A stretch of DNA of 64,000 nucleotides, from positions 65,596,001-65,660,000 of the forward strand of contig OZ076414.1 in assembly GCA_964187785.1 (NCBI GenBank), given 5' to 3'. A model generated the notes under the pieces. The model was given only the letters and a program-made list of their open reading frames with translations. It was not told where the DNA came from and searched no databases. This document shows, piece after piece, positions 37,601-50,499 of the stretch. Numbering within the stretch: the first letter of the stretch is position 1; each line of letters begins with the position of its first letter. The position numbers were made by a program, and so were the translations under genes. Origin of the DNA: Amphiscolops sp. MND2022 (lineage: Eukaryota).

Positions 37601-38100
37601 TATTCGCTCTTTTAACCAACCTCGTTTCCCTCCTCAAGGCCCTGCCCGCTGATAAAAAACCTCTATTTGTAGGAGGGGGGACTCCGTCATGAAACGAAGA
37701 AGCCATGGCCACGACGTCTTGCGGAAAAGAAACGGCAGCAGGGCGAGAGTTTAGGAACAGCGGGATCAGAAAGCCGGCAGGCAAGAGGAACATCAAACTC
37801 ATCTTGGCGGGACGAGAAGAAACAGAACCAGACTTGGGAGAAACCACAGGAACAACTGGTGAGACCACACCAGGAGACTACGCGGCAGAGAATACAGAAA
37901 TTTAAACCGCGAGATTGGTCTGAGTAGTGACATCAGGCTCGGCAACAGGCAAGGATGAAGGTCTAACACCAGGCACTGAAAAACTTCCCGATGTAGACGC
38001 TTCAGAAAATCTGAGCTGTGAAAATACAACTATAGAAAGATCCTATCTGTCAAAATGTATAATTCACGAAAATTTAATGGATCGGGGAATTAGAACTATT
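34572..38100 (-). pseudogene. Long decayed antisense ORF of unknown function, convergent with G1 pol
   Basis: Minus-strand ORF fragments tile the interval (37868..37566, 37594..37394, 37053..36853, 36598..36296, 36419..36204, 36210..35992, 35833..35336, 35487..35176, 35210..35007, 35000..34572); the stop codon overlaps the pol end. No domain recognised and the 5' limit is approximate. Confidence 0.55.
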
Positions 38101-39084
38101 CACTTGCCGGCCGAGTAAGTGGAATGTCAGCGTCTCTCTGACGCACGTCGCCCTCCGAAAAGACAAACTGGGTCTCGTTACCATTCTGAGCACCTAAGTC
38201 AAAGACACGAGAAGGAGTTGGATCAGCATCCATTGCAGAGAATTTCAAAATTTGAAAACAGTGTTAAATTGACGCTCGCAAATATTTTTAAGCGAATTAG
38301 CGAAAAGATTTACTTCAACGGCCAATAAAAACGCAACGTTGACAAAATGCCTACACCTGGGACTGACTTAAAAAGCACAAAAAATTGTAATAGTCAATCA
38401 AAGTTGAAGGATTTATCCCGCTAACCCTAACTACTCCCATTTCCATTGTCAAACAACCAATCGTCGCAACCAGCAGTTGAGCAACCTGTTTGAATTAATT
38501 GACTTTTCCGCGGCTCAAGTGAAGATGAAGACCCGGCAGGACGGCGTTTTTAACCTAATTTCAGGGTAGTACTGGAAATTTTACACTCTTTGGCGGAAGC
38601 CATAGCAGGCGAAGAAGAATATGTTGACAAATCAATAGATTCTCTTGAATCGAATTGCAAAAGAATGAAACTAGATGCAAGCCTTGAGTTAGTCGGATCA
38701 AAAATTACCCCCGTTTCGAACCCGGAGACCCAAAGCGGAGACGAGTTGCTTGATAGCCTTAAAAACCCAACCAGCTCCCAGAGTTCTGGAGTGTTCGTTG
38801 TCGAAGCCCCAGAGACACAGCCGATAACAAGCTGCTTAAAAGCAGATTACCTGGAGAAAGTACCTCAAGAATATGCAGAGTTTTATTTCGAAACCACTCC
38901 TAGAACTTCAAGAAATTAGGAGCAAGCAGTAATAAAACCACTCAACGATCTGGAGGAGGCATGAGGCATTGTATTGTCCCGTGATCAAGAGACGATTCAG
39001 CTGACCCAAGTGTTTTCGAGCTCGAATACCCTTGTCAGTAGCCTCGACAACCAGGGAGAGTTTTCGGTTCCATGACAGTGGCAC

Positions 39085-39243
39085 TGTCACAGTCCGCTCC
39101 CGGGCTGTGTTGCGGATGTACGAGAGCGGGATTTGGAAGAAGCCACACATGCGCTTCAAAACTACCAAAATGGTATTTTAATTTTCTAACTTAAACTCTT
39201 AACAAATAAACTGTGACTTCACATCAGTTTCTAGAAAAATCTA
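39085..39243 (+). repeat. LTR-like direct repeat copy 2
   Basis: See 27871-28040; overlapped at its start by the hairpin tgacagtg-g-cactgtca (39073-39089). Confidence 0.7.
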
Positions 39244-39895
39244 AGATAACACTGACTACCAAATTGAACAGATTTAAACAAACAATTGCACACATTTTCG
39301 CCAATGGGTTTAAGCACGTCGGAAACAATTCCATTCTCCACCCGAAGTCCTAATTCGAATAGGCGTCTCCAAAAGATCATAGCCAAGTCTAAAAAAATTA
39401 CATTGGAAGACAGTGATCAAAAACATTACGCCTCTTCTGAGAAATGCAGCTTATTCGTGGCTTCGAACAATAATTAGTGCGAATTAGGGCGATGAGACGT
39501 CGTTACGTAAACTATTATGGCAGCGCTGTTGAATAATACTATCAGCACGAAGTAGTCGGTATTGAAAGAATATTCCGTGATCTCATCGCCTCGTCGATTT
39601 TGTCACTTTGGAAATTAGTCATAATTTTTCCAAGTTGGAAATCAAACTCAGGTGTTAGTTGTTTACGCCAGGGTTAGCTCCGCGTCTTTTTTCCCGCGAA
39701 TCGAAGCAGTGAAACAGGGAAAAGTCTCTGGTTTGAATGACTGAAGATCTACTTCCTGCTCGACAGGAAATAAAAAGGACGCCGCAATGAAATGATATGG
39801 TTGTGAATGATGACTAATAACTTGTTAATTTGGCCTATCCCTAGCTTTGACGAAGTGTCGACGTATATTAAAGGTCCAAATGAATTTTGCCGCGA

Positions 39896-40095
39896 NNNNN
39901 NNNNNNNNNNNNNNNNNNNNNNNNNNNNNNNNNNNNNNNNNNNNNNNNNNNNNNNNNNNNNNNNNNNNNNNNNNNNNNNNNNNNNNNNNNNNNNNNNNNN
40001 NNNNNNNNNNNNNNNNNNNNNNNNNNNNNNNNNNNNNNNNNNNNNNNNNNNNNNNNNNNNNNNNNNNNNNNNNNNNNNNNNNNNNNNNNNNNNNN
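39896..40095. other. Assembly gap (200 N)
   Basis: N run. Confidence 1.
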
Positions 40096-40320
40096 TATAA
40101 AAACTACAACTTCAAAACCTAAACGCAAGTTAGTAACTCAAAATCTTTTCAACAAGAAATCAAAAAAGAGGAAAAAACTACCAGGAGAGCACCGAAAACG
40201 TAAGTGAGAATATAGTTTCCCGAGTTTTGGTTGGGAATTCAGATTTAGCAGAGCCAGAGGTAATGATCGCAGAAACGTGATAGACATTGACATTGTGCTG
40301 TCTACCGTCAGGACTTTGCG
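40096..40320 (+). mobile_element. 5' gag fragment of a G1-related Gypsy
   Basis: aaaactaccaggagagcaccgaaaacgtaagtgag..ttttggttg.gaa..agatttagcagagccag matches 28895-28990. Confidence 0.75.
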
Positions 40321-41659
40321 CAAAGCAATTGTAATTATTTAGTAACGCCAAAATATAAAAATTCCTCAATTATGATCAGAGAGTAAAGAGTAGACTGACT
40401 GAGCACACTGCTGGACGAATCTTTTCTTGCTGCGCACGGATCATGCGATTGCATGTGAAGAAAGCTCATGTCCATGTTCAGCGACCGTGCATGGTATGGA
40501 TACGAACTATGCATGAAAGTACCTGAAAACTTTGAGTACCCAGGTTTTCCTCCCATACAAAACAGGTTGATTAACTCGGCCATAATAAAGTACGATTGAT
40601 TCCGGGTTAATCGTACACTGGGCCATAAAGGTTTATGGTTCCAGGCTGACCATATCAACCTTGTCGGGAAACTCGGGTAGACCTTTTACGCAACCTCAAT
40701 CACTATGTTCATATTCAGGCTCATCAAATCATTACTATTTAGTGAAGCCACTCGAACAGTCAGCTTCTATTTCATGTGAAAAATGTCAACAGGGTTATTA
40801 TTGTATTGCTAACGAAAAAACAAGCCTGATCAAGCTACCATTCAAAGCTTGTGCAACCTGGTACTCATTTGGGCAGGAATATCACTACCCGGGTGAAGAT
40901 ATACGCTACGACGAGTGTCATGAACTTCAGGATTCAAACTTTGCCGACCCGATTGATGATTTCACACGGTAAGGGATGGACAAGCAGCGAGAAAAACGAA
41001 AAAAATCGATTGGAACGAAAACAATAGGACTTTAACTGAATGAAAAGAATAAAAAAACTGTTCACTAAGCTTATTCAAACAAAACTACGAAACTCATTGA
41101 TGTCATTGTCAATACTGTACCGGGAACTGAATCTACCAGATTTCAGAGTTGAAATTGGACAGAGCACAAGATTCTGAAAAAGGTTACAAAGAGGAATATG
41201 CGTTTTTTTGCATTTTGAACCTCAAACAAATCAATGATTGAAAATGAAATCTAACTAGCCATTAGAACGGTAATCAACAATTGACCGAAACGAAAAACGT
41301 CGTACGCGGAAAAAGTGTATACCCTCTTCGGAAAAAGTTTCAAGATGCAGACGACTGGAAAGTCACTGATACAGCAATTACGCAATTAGCAAACAAATTA
41401 TCAAGTGCATTTGAAATCCATGCGATAAACGAATCAAACAACGCATTCCCAATGGCCAATCAGAACACGACATTTGAAAACTTACGTAACAAGTAACGAC
41501 AAGTCTTTCGGTAGCCGTGATCTCAACCGAACAATATTATAGCCACTTGTGATTTTAGCCGATTCTACATGAAAAGACTTTCATTTTCCGACGACATATA
41601 ATTGTTACGTAATAGCTACAAAATTGAAGCTTCTTTCTCAAGTGGTTTAACAAATTACA

Positions 41660-42050
41660 ATTTAGTGTTACGACTAGTTTCGGAGTGTTTTTCAAAGTAG
41701 TCGCTTTAGATTTCATCGGTGTCAATGTAGCTGCAGGAAAGGCGTTGTCCGTTTCAGAATCAAAGTCTCCTATGTCCTGGGGATAAGTTGTTTTCTCAGC
41801 AACAGGTGCTATTAGTTTCAGGATTTTCTTTGTTTCTCCGTTAGGGTTTTAGTGAAATCGGACATGATCCCTTCCCTAAGAGATGTTTTTCTCTCTTCAA
41901 GTTTTTCAGAGTGGATTCTAGGTAACTTGTTCACGCCTGCCACGAGGTTCTCAGATTGATTAACCTCGGTTATAGAATTTTCTAGGCTTCCTGTGACTAC
42001 TTAATCAACTGCTTCTCTCTTTTGGCTTCCGTTTGTCATTTTTCAGATAG
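41660..42050 (-). mobile_element. gag fragment homologous to 47340-47610
   Basis: cggagtgtttttcaaagtagtcgctttagattt.atcggtgtc.atg..gc.gcaggaaaggcgtt.tccgtt.cagaatc is shared. Confidence 0.85.
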
Positions 42051-43429
42051 AATAAAAATCTTTGGGAAGATTGAGTTCTTCGAAGAAAAGTGAGTTTTAG
42101 GTTTCAACAATTGAATACCGATAGGTCGAAACTAATCTGTTAACAAATACCTGAAAAATATTCACCACATCGAAATTTTGATACTTTCCTAGCATCATTT
42201 TTTCCACACCTAAAAATTCCAATGTATCCTAAAAATCGAGTTTGTTCACTAAAAAGCCCTGTTGATTCATATCAATTCAGTCCCTGGTCCCAAAATTAGG
42301 TATCGAAGTTCTTAGTTGCGTCGCTTATTCGTCATCCTTTTGTTGAAAACATTTTCATCCATGCAACTCTTTTACCTGTTCAGACTTCAAAATGGCGGCA
42401 AACTTAAAGTATACCGAAAATTTCGATCGATGAAAGCACGCTAGCGTGAACAATTAGTCAACTTCCAAGATAGGAATTTAGGAAGAAAGAGACAAACGTA
42501 TGACTAGCATAATTAGTGCCGTAACTAAATCGGAACAAATTGTTGTCCGAAGGTGAAAGTATTAGGGCAAAAATGGATGGGAACAAACGATGCTGGAATT
42601 GCATATTCCCTTAGATATTGCTGCAACAAAGCAAGATTGAAGTACGAGAAGAATGTTTTAACATATCTTGGACAATTCTTACATGTGTAATTGATCTTTT
42701 TCATGGAGGGAAACAAAACACTACGGTGGTTCAACGTAATATAACACGTTGGAATATGTCAGGTAGAAAAACTGAATCATTATATGGACAATGGACATAA
42801 ATTAGGTCTAGCAACACTCAATTGCCTTCCTCGCGAAGACACAAAAGTTTTTTATTTGGTTTGAAATTTGTAGCACACTATAAATGAAGATGTATCTTTG
42901 CGTTGTCCTTACGTTTTACTCTGGATTACTAAATTGAGTAGGGTGACTATAATTGAATAATGATTCAACTTGTTCCTTAAAAAAACTCCTCTTATAACGT
43001 AAGGGCAGCGTATTACCATGATTGACAATATTATGTACGCATTGGACGATAATATCAAATCATTGATCGTTTCGCTTACGAACATAAAAATTGCTCTGCA
43101 ACTTTACTTTACAAAACAGCTTTGTCAATTGGGGACTTCGTTAAAAAACTCATCAATCGAACATTTCACTCAAATCTTTCTCTCAAAATGTGTTTAAATC
43201 TCTATTATCATAACTACAATTTTACAATCGCTCCATGACGTCTCCGTGCGTATCAGGATTGGCTATCGCTGACCAGCGGTTGACGGAGGGATTACAGAGA
43301 GCAGCCCGGAATGCATTTTCATTCTCTAGCAATGACGTCAAACAACCATTCCAACTGGCTTGAGCGCAAATGCCTCTGCTAACAAGCTACGCTTTTGGTC
43401 CATTAAGCTAGCAATTTGAGATATCAATC

Positions 43430-46400
43430 CTACCCTGTGACGTGGTCATTATGTTGTGATTGTTTTTTTGATGTACTTGACTCTAATGTAAGGAAAGTTT
43501 GACAACTACTTCAAGCTGGAGAACAATCCGCTGACTTTTTCTTTGAGAGTTAAATCCAATTTCGATAGAAAGTCTGCTGCCGTGTTTTGTGAGCCTGCTA
43601 AGTGCATGATACGGAACTTGAACTCTAAGACGTAGTCACAGGCGTTCCACAATGCGGACAGTGTGGTTTTTGTTTGGAAGAATCTTGTTACAGATCTGTT
43701 GTGCGTTAGTACTAGGGTCGGTAGGGTAGTTTCTCACAAAGATATGGTTGTACTCAAGGAAGCATGATAGACTGCTGAGAAATCCTTGTCAATAAATTGA
43801 CATTTCCAGTTGAGACGGTCAGAAGACTCCTGATCCAAAGGCTCCTGGGGCGAATGTCTTTCGCTTGCCAAAAGTTTCCGTTCGTTAGTTTCTTCTATCA
43901 TAATTGCATATCGGATGCTCGAACACTTGCATCAATCATGAGGACGTATTGTTTTCGGACTACTGGTCGTCGTAGTGTAAGTCCACAGGGTTCCGCGGGG
44001 CTAGCGTTGATTACTTCGAAATTTTCAACTAAGACTTCGGAGATGATGAGTTTTGCATCGGATTATAGGAGTTCGTACACTTCGATTAACTTCCCTGGAA
44101 ATCGAGGTATATCGTTTTTGTAGTATTTCACAAAGACGAGGTTTTTCTCCACTTGTTTTTTGACTTCGGGAAGCGGACTTTTGAGAGGAAATTTTTAACT
44201 TTGTGGTCCTGTGGCGCTACTCTTTCCTTTAGAGATGATGGTTCTGGCACGGACTTCGACTTGGGTTACATAAAAGTGGCATTTCTCAATTGTCAGTCCT
44301 AAGCCAGCTTTTCTGATATTTTGAACACTGCTCTGACGCTTTTAAGGGGTTGCTCCGTGCTGTTTGCAACTATCCCGGTGTTTTTTGCGTACTGAGCGGA
44401 TTGGTCCACTTTGATGACTGTGTCCAAGCTCGAGATTGAAGATAAAACCCTGTTGACTCCCTGGGGTAGTCTGCGGTAGGCAAACGCTCTACTAGCAAAA
44501 TTAAAAGCAAGGAGTTCTACTGACCTTTGATCTGCCGCTTGGATGCAGTGGTAATCACGGTAGCAGTAGAGTTTGCAGAACAGTGTTTTCCCCGGTAGAT
44601 GCTGAGCTACATGTGAGAGTGTGCTGATGGGGTGGTTGTTGTTGTTGTGGTAATCCGAGATGTGTGCGTTAATAGTCCGCCTATCCAGCACCAGCTTCAG
44701 TTTTCCGTTGAGTTTGCGTTGCGCGTAAATGGGCTGGCATTTTTTCAGAAGGGTAGTGTCGTGATAATTCCGTAGCGAAGCAAGAGGGCTAGTTCTAATG
44801 TCAGATCATCTTTTATGTTTATTGCTAAAGGAAGGTTTTGGGTGTAGACGGGGTTGTCAACTTTTGGGGTTAGAGTGACTTTGAATTGCGTGTTCTTGCC
44901 ATTATCTAGTCTGTGTCTCGCGAAGATGTCGTTGAATTGAAAATGATGGAATCGGGTTTTCACGATATTCACGCGTGATTAGTGAATCACTCACTCCAAT
45001 AGAATATGAATATAAAATTTGATACAGAAATCCTAGTTTTCTTCGGGATCACGTTTTTATAATTGAACCAATTCCCTTACTTCTTTGAGGATTCGGCGTT
45101 TTATCGGGGAGTGTTCTGATAAACTGCCGTGGTTTTCGAAAATAAAATTTGGAACCAGAATTTTTCTTCATTGTCTTAGGTACGTTCGAACTTGCATGAA
45201 TGCGTTGACTTACGTTATCGCGATGTCATGATTGAGTAGTAGGTTTAGCGGTGCAATGTCATTTGGTCAGATGGAATTCGTTTCTTCGAGTTTTATAATC
45301 TGCAATTCTGCCAGCTTGATGTTGGACGTTACTGTATGAGGGAAGCCTGTGGTATAGCTGTTTTGATGGTTACCCGTTTGTCTATAGCCGTTCTTAGGGT
45401 TGGAGCTACAATAAGTTTGGCCTACTCGTCAAGCTGTGACAGAGGTTTTATTGTCCAAGTTAATGGGTGGTCATTGCTCACAAATATTGACGCGTGAATA
45501 ATACGGGTGGAATGCACTGGATTTGTGTGTTTGTTCTCTGTTCTGATTGTGAAGGGCTTCGGGTTGCACTTCTGCATCTTGTTTGTTAGAGCTAACGGAA
45601 TTTGTATCCTTGGGAAATTGGTTGTTCCATGCGTGGTATCTAGCTTTGCGGAAAGCGTGCACAAAAATGTCATACCAATTATTAGGTAAGACACGTTTTG
45701 TTCATGATGATGAATGTTTCTTCAAAGGTGTAGTCTCCTATCTTGAATTGCACTCGTGTATGTAGCGAGAGCATGTTCAAGTTCAGTGTTGGCGAACTGT
45801 ATTTTGAGAGGGGGAGGTAGCGCATCCCGGATGATGCACTGCTTTGCTTCAAGCCTGATCTTTTCTTCGTCCCTTTCACTATAGAGGTCGATTAACGCAC
45901 CTGAGCCTACTAAAGCGTCAATTTTGACTTTGTTAAACTCCAGGGGTAGGAAAAATAGGCTTCTTTTCTTCTTCAGGGTGATTGCGAACGTCAACGGGAT
46001 GTAGTCGTCTTCTTTGCCGTGTTGGATGAATTCTTTGATGACGCTCAGATCTTATGGTAGGGGTGCTGAACATTCAGTTGTCTCATCGCCGTTGTTGGTG
46101 GATTGTTGGGTAACAGGTGTGGTTTGTGGTGGTGGAGGAGGAGAAGAGGTATCAGCAGTTCGTTCCTATGGTTTTGGTGCCGATGGTGTGTCGTCTTCTA
46201 TCCCGAAGTTGCCGTATCGCGATCAATCGAGTTGGCGTTTGATTTTTTCAAGGTTGTTGATGGTGCGGGGGTAGCTTTGTTATTTCGTTTTCTGGTTTCG
46301 GGGCATTCTGTACAAGGATTTTACCGCGAGGGATTTGGTATTGTAGATATCTGGCTCATCCCAGGGATCGCAAAGATAATCTTCATCATAGACATAGATT

Positions 46401-47610
46401 CTATCAGTTTTGGATTCTGGCAGGGGAGTTTTAGAGTGACATCAGTTTCAGGGGACTCACATATCCATTCCAGGAGCGGTTTTGGATTGTTCCCGTGTCT
46501 TGCATTTGCAGACAATTGCTCCGACATTCCAACGTTTTTGACAGGCTTCAGTGGGAAAACTCAGTGATGAAATCTTTCTCGAAGCGATTTGGGGATCTTT
46601 GGTTGTAAATGGCCTCACGTCCACTTTTTCCCGGAACGAAGGCGCAGCGAACTCAAGTTTTTGGCTGAGTTGCAGTCTTTGGTTGCGGGTGTTCACAAAC
46701 AACGTATTTCTCGTTCCGGATTCAGGAAAAGGTCCTTATACCGCTTGTCGTCGAGAACGCCTCATTGAGCGTCTTCTCGACATGATCCGGCATTTTCGCG
46801 TAGATCGCATTGTCAATGAAATTTTGTGCCTCGGTTCCGAACGCTTATTCTGCAGGTTTTGCAACACTACTAGGAACTCACATGGTATTTGTTCCGTTGG
46901 CTCAAAATAGAGCGCGTCCCACACGCATCGTACATTGGTGGAGGACTGGAAGTCCGCAAGGTGACCTTTCAATACCATGATTATTTCCTCTTTGCGTCCG
47001 ACTATCTTTCTTAGCGTCCTCTAAGTTACGATACGCTTGGAGTGCGTTTTTTTTCTGAGTAGCGAAAGGAAATAGTTGATATTTGTATATTTGTGTGGTG
47101 AAAATACATTTTGATGGTATTTCGAAATGACTCCTCGATTATTTCACATTTTTCGGACTTGCCATCAAAGACGGGGAGTGATACCGTTAGTGCTTTGGGC
47201 ATCGTCAAGGCGTCAGTTGGTTGATCTGTGTGTGGTGCAAACAGTAGTCTTGACGTTGATGGTCGGTACTCGACTGATTGGCTCTGTGAGCGTTGTTGTT
47301 TCAGCTTTTTGGTACACAGATTTGAGGACTCCCTTACCATGTTAAAACTAGCTATCGGAGTGTTTTTCAAAGTAGTCGCTTTAGATTTTATCGGTGTCGA
47401 TGGCGTTGCAGGAAAGGCGTTCTCCGTTCCAGAATCGCAGTCTCCTATAAAGTGGAGATTGGTAGCTTTCTTAGCAACTGGTGCTATTAGTTTCAGCAAA
47501 TCCTTTTTGATACTCAATTAGGATTTTAGTGAGATCGGACATCATTTGTTTCCTAAGCGACGATTTAATATCGTCAACGTTGTCCGAGTGGATTGATTCT
47601 AGGTGATGAT
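43430..47610 (-). mobile_element. Decayed Ty3/Gypsy element G2 (gag-PR-RT-partial RH/IN), truncated at both ends with internal deletions
   Basis: MPKALTVSLPVFDGKSEKCE; IDALVGSGALIDL; YTQNLPLAINIKDDLTLELALLLRYGIITTLPF; FAYRRLPQG; AQYAKNTGIVAN (degenerate YVDD); integrase core ending ..HNMTTSQG at ~43430. Confidence 0.85.
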
Positions 47611-47932
47611 ATACTTATACTCTTATATTCGATCATCATCACCCCACTCATTTGTTGATGTCTAGACTTAGAGTATGTATCTTGATTTTTAATGTATCTA
47701 CTTTATATTCAAAGCCAAACTCTATACTGTAAACTAATTATCTGATATATAACGGCTCACAACTCAAATAAAGTCTTCACCATCAAGTTGTCACCGTTCG
47801 CTAAAAAAACTAATAACTGCAGCTCTGTTAGCTCCTTTTTAAAGTACTTTCGCCATCCATTTCATAGAATTTGAAATCATGTAACAACTTCTAAACAAAA
47901 AACAAGTACTTTATTTGGTACGATCAGTTCAT

Positions 47933-47977
47933 CTTCCTTCCTTCCTTCCTTCCTTCCTTCCTTCCTTCCTTCCTTCC
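47933..47977 (+). repeat. (CTTC)n microsatellite, ~11 units
   Basis: cttccttccttcc... tract in the leader of element C. Confidence 0.95.
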
Positions 47978-47989
47978 CTTTTCTCCAAT

Positions 47990-48330
47990 TTTCTGTACTA
48001 ACCATCCTTTGGTTCGATATCTCCAATATCGGTACACAAATCTTTCTGTACTAATCACAACGCAGTGGTTCGACTAAATGTCTGTACCAAACAAAATTTC
48101 TTCTGTACTCGCAGTCGGTACATCTCAAACTTCTGTACTAATCACGAATAGGTGATCCAGCTTCGTGCTGGTACATCTTACCTTTCTGTGCTCAGAAAAA
48201 AGTGACTGAGCATCGTTCTGGTACACCTGATTTCTGTACTAATTAAGTTGGTTCGACTCTCGTCGGTAGAATAGAAGTATCAACCTTCCTTGATTCGACA
48301 TTTTGTCGTCACACCCTTCTGTGTACTAAT
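47990..48330 (+). repeat. Degenerate leader repeats (ttctgtactaat core, ~8 copies, interleaved with tggttcga / ggtacatct)
   Basis: Cores near 47991, 48044, 48080, 48101, 48131, 48184, 48232 and 48318. Confidence 0.75.
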
Positions 48331-50499
48331 TAAAATTCAATTTTGATCCAACATTCCTGTTGATTCAACTCATTTTCTAACCTCTCAGTATAACTTTAAT
48401 GCTTTCTCTCAGTGATTCATATTGTATTTTATTGTATTTATTCTTTTTTGGCCTACTTGCGGTAGTCTTTCGCGTTGTCGACAAATTTATGATTGATTCA
48501 ATTCCCCGATAAATCTTTTTCACCTCAAATCCAATGTTTCTCACCGAAAACCTTGCAACTATATTCATTTTTGTTTCATACTTTTTTTGCCATGCTTGTT
48601 TTTTTATATGCTCCTCGTTGAAAAGGTAATCATATTTCTTTTATGCTAATCTCCCAATCACACGAACCTTTCACGAATTCCATTTTTCCATATACTCTGT
48701 CTTTTCCATAACTCACATTTTTTATACTTACCTCTTTTCTTCAACCATTACTCCATCAAATTTTCAACCTCCCTCTTTTCATGGATTTATGTTCCTCTTT
48801 TTCTCGAACTCAAACTATTTCATTGCTCTTTGCAACTCCTGATAATCACAACTTTCATCCTTCTCTCAAAAACATTTTTACATTCTTTTCTACTTTCCCA
48901 CACTCACAACATATTTCTCAAACTCCACCTATTTTCACCCACTCCCCACGGAACCTTCTATCCACATTGACATCAATTTTGATCGTATTTGGTTGATATA
49001 CCACCCTCATCGTCTTTCATAATGGATGACTCACCTCATTCTTTAATTCCACTCCCCTTTTCTATTGATGTTTCTCATTCTCGCATTTCACGCGGAATCT
49101 CTCAAAATTTAACTAAAATCCGTATAAACCTCATTTATAACTCCACAGTTCCTCTTTCTTTTAAAACATTTCCTGAAGATATTTTTACACTATACCTCTT
49201 ATTCGTGAATGTCACTCATATTTTTTTTCTAGACACACATTTTGTGGTAGAAACTCCTGATGAACATTCTTTTTCGATATATTTTACCTCTTCTCTAAAT
49301 TCTAACGAAACTTTACGTAAAAACATCCACCCCACCAATGTTTTCATTCCTATCGCTAATGTTTTCACCACAATTCTAAAAACCGCTCGGAAACACAATC
49401 TCTTACTTGAACATGCTTTCACTCCATCTGCAATTCAAGCACTCTTCAAAAAGAAACTCCTTTTGACCTTCCCAATAATGAACAACTTCGCACTATCGAA
49501 ATAAACCCTCATCATTGGCTCTCTACCAATATTCTTCAAATTCACCACCTCAATATCAATTTTTCTAGAATCTAACTTTTAATACGCAAATTAAAAAACT
49601 AATTCGAATCTACACACTATTCCTCCGAAAATTTTTTTAGAAATTATTATCAACATATTTGAGATTTTAAATTTCTGGACGCTTATCATAACTTTCCTTC
49701 TCAATTCTCTAAAAGATGAACTCCTACCTTTTCTCGCTACCTCTGACAATTCTCGCTACCTCCTTTTTTCTTTACCCTCCGTGATTTTCCCGTATCTCAT
49801 TTTAACTACCTCATCTATGATAGTCATAGTATAAATAAAAGTCTTCAACTTCATCCTTCTTTAAGACCATACGCCACGTGTACTCCTCAACTTACTTTCT
49901 TTGACACAACCTCTGATGTTCCTCCTCAAACGATCCCCTCTGCTTCTAATGTTTTATTGGAGATATAAACCCCGCTCTCACTCACGCTTCAACTCTTGTT
50001 CAAAATATTGTCACAATCACTCTCCTCATAACAATTCTTCATATCATGATCGTAACTTATATGGCTATGATCAAAATTATAGAAAATCTTCTCGAAGAAC
50101 AATTTTATCATCTCGTTCAAATTATAAGTCAATATCTTTCCGAATTCCAAATAAATTTTTCCCTACGCTCTTCTAGTTACAACAACTCCTCTTGTTGACG
50201 CTATGAATCAGCATATCACTCCTTCTCAACCACGTAATGACCGCTACCGCAGTCACTCTCACTCTATTTCAAAACCATACTCAAGCTATCAATACAAACC
50301 CACTGTTATTCTCACTCAACAGCCCTCTTCACTTATTCACCATCCTCCCTCCACAGAACCAAAGTTTGAAAGTATTATGTATCATCCTAACACCTCCCTT
50401 TGTTTTCAATACTCCACTCTCTCAAATAATCATGCTATTGCAACAATTGCTTTACTTCAATTGTCACCCTATACATTTTCAAACCACCTGAAGAAACCT

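Noticed and set aside
34572-38100. DIRS/tyrosine-recombinase retrotransposon as the identity of the minus-strand region
   Set aside because: No RT YLDD, RNase H or recombinase R-H-R-Y motifs could be read in any frame
47990-48330. CRISPR-like array
   Set aside because: Short degenerate repeats with irregular, mutually similar spacers in a eukaryotic retroelement leader; no cas genes
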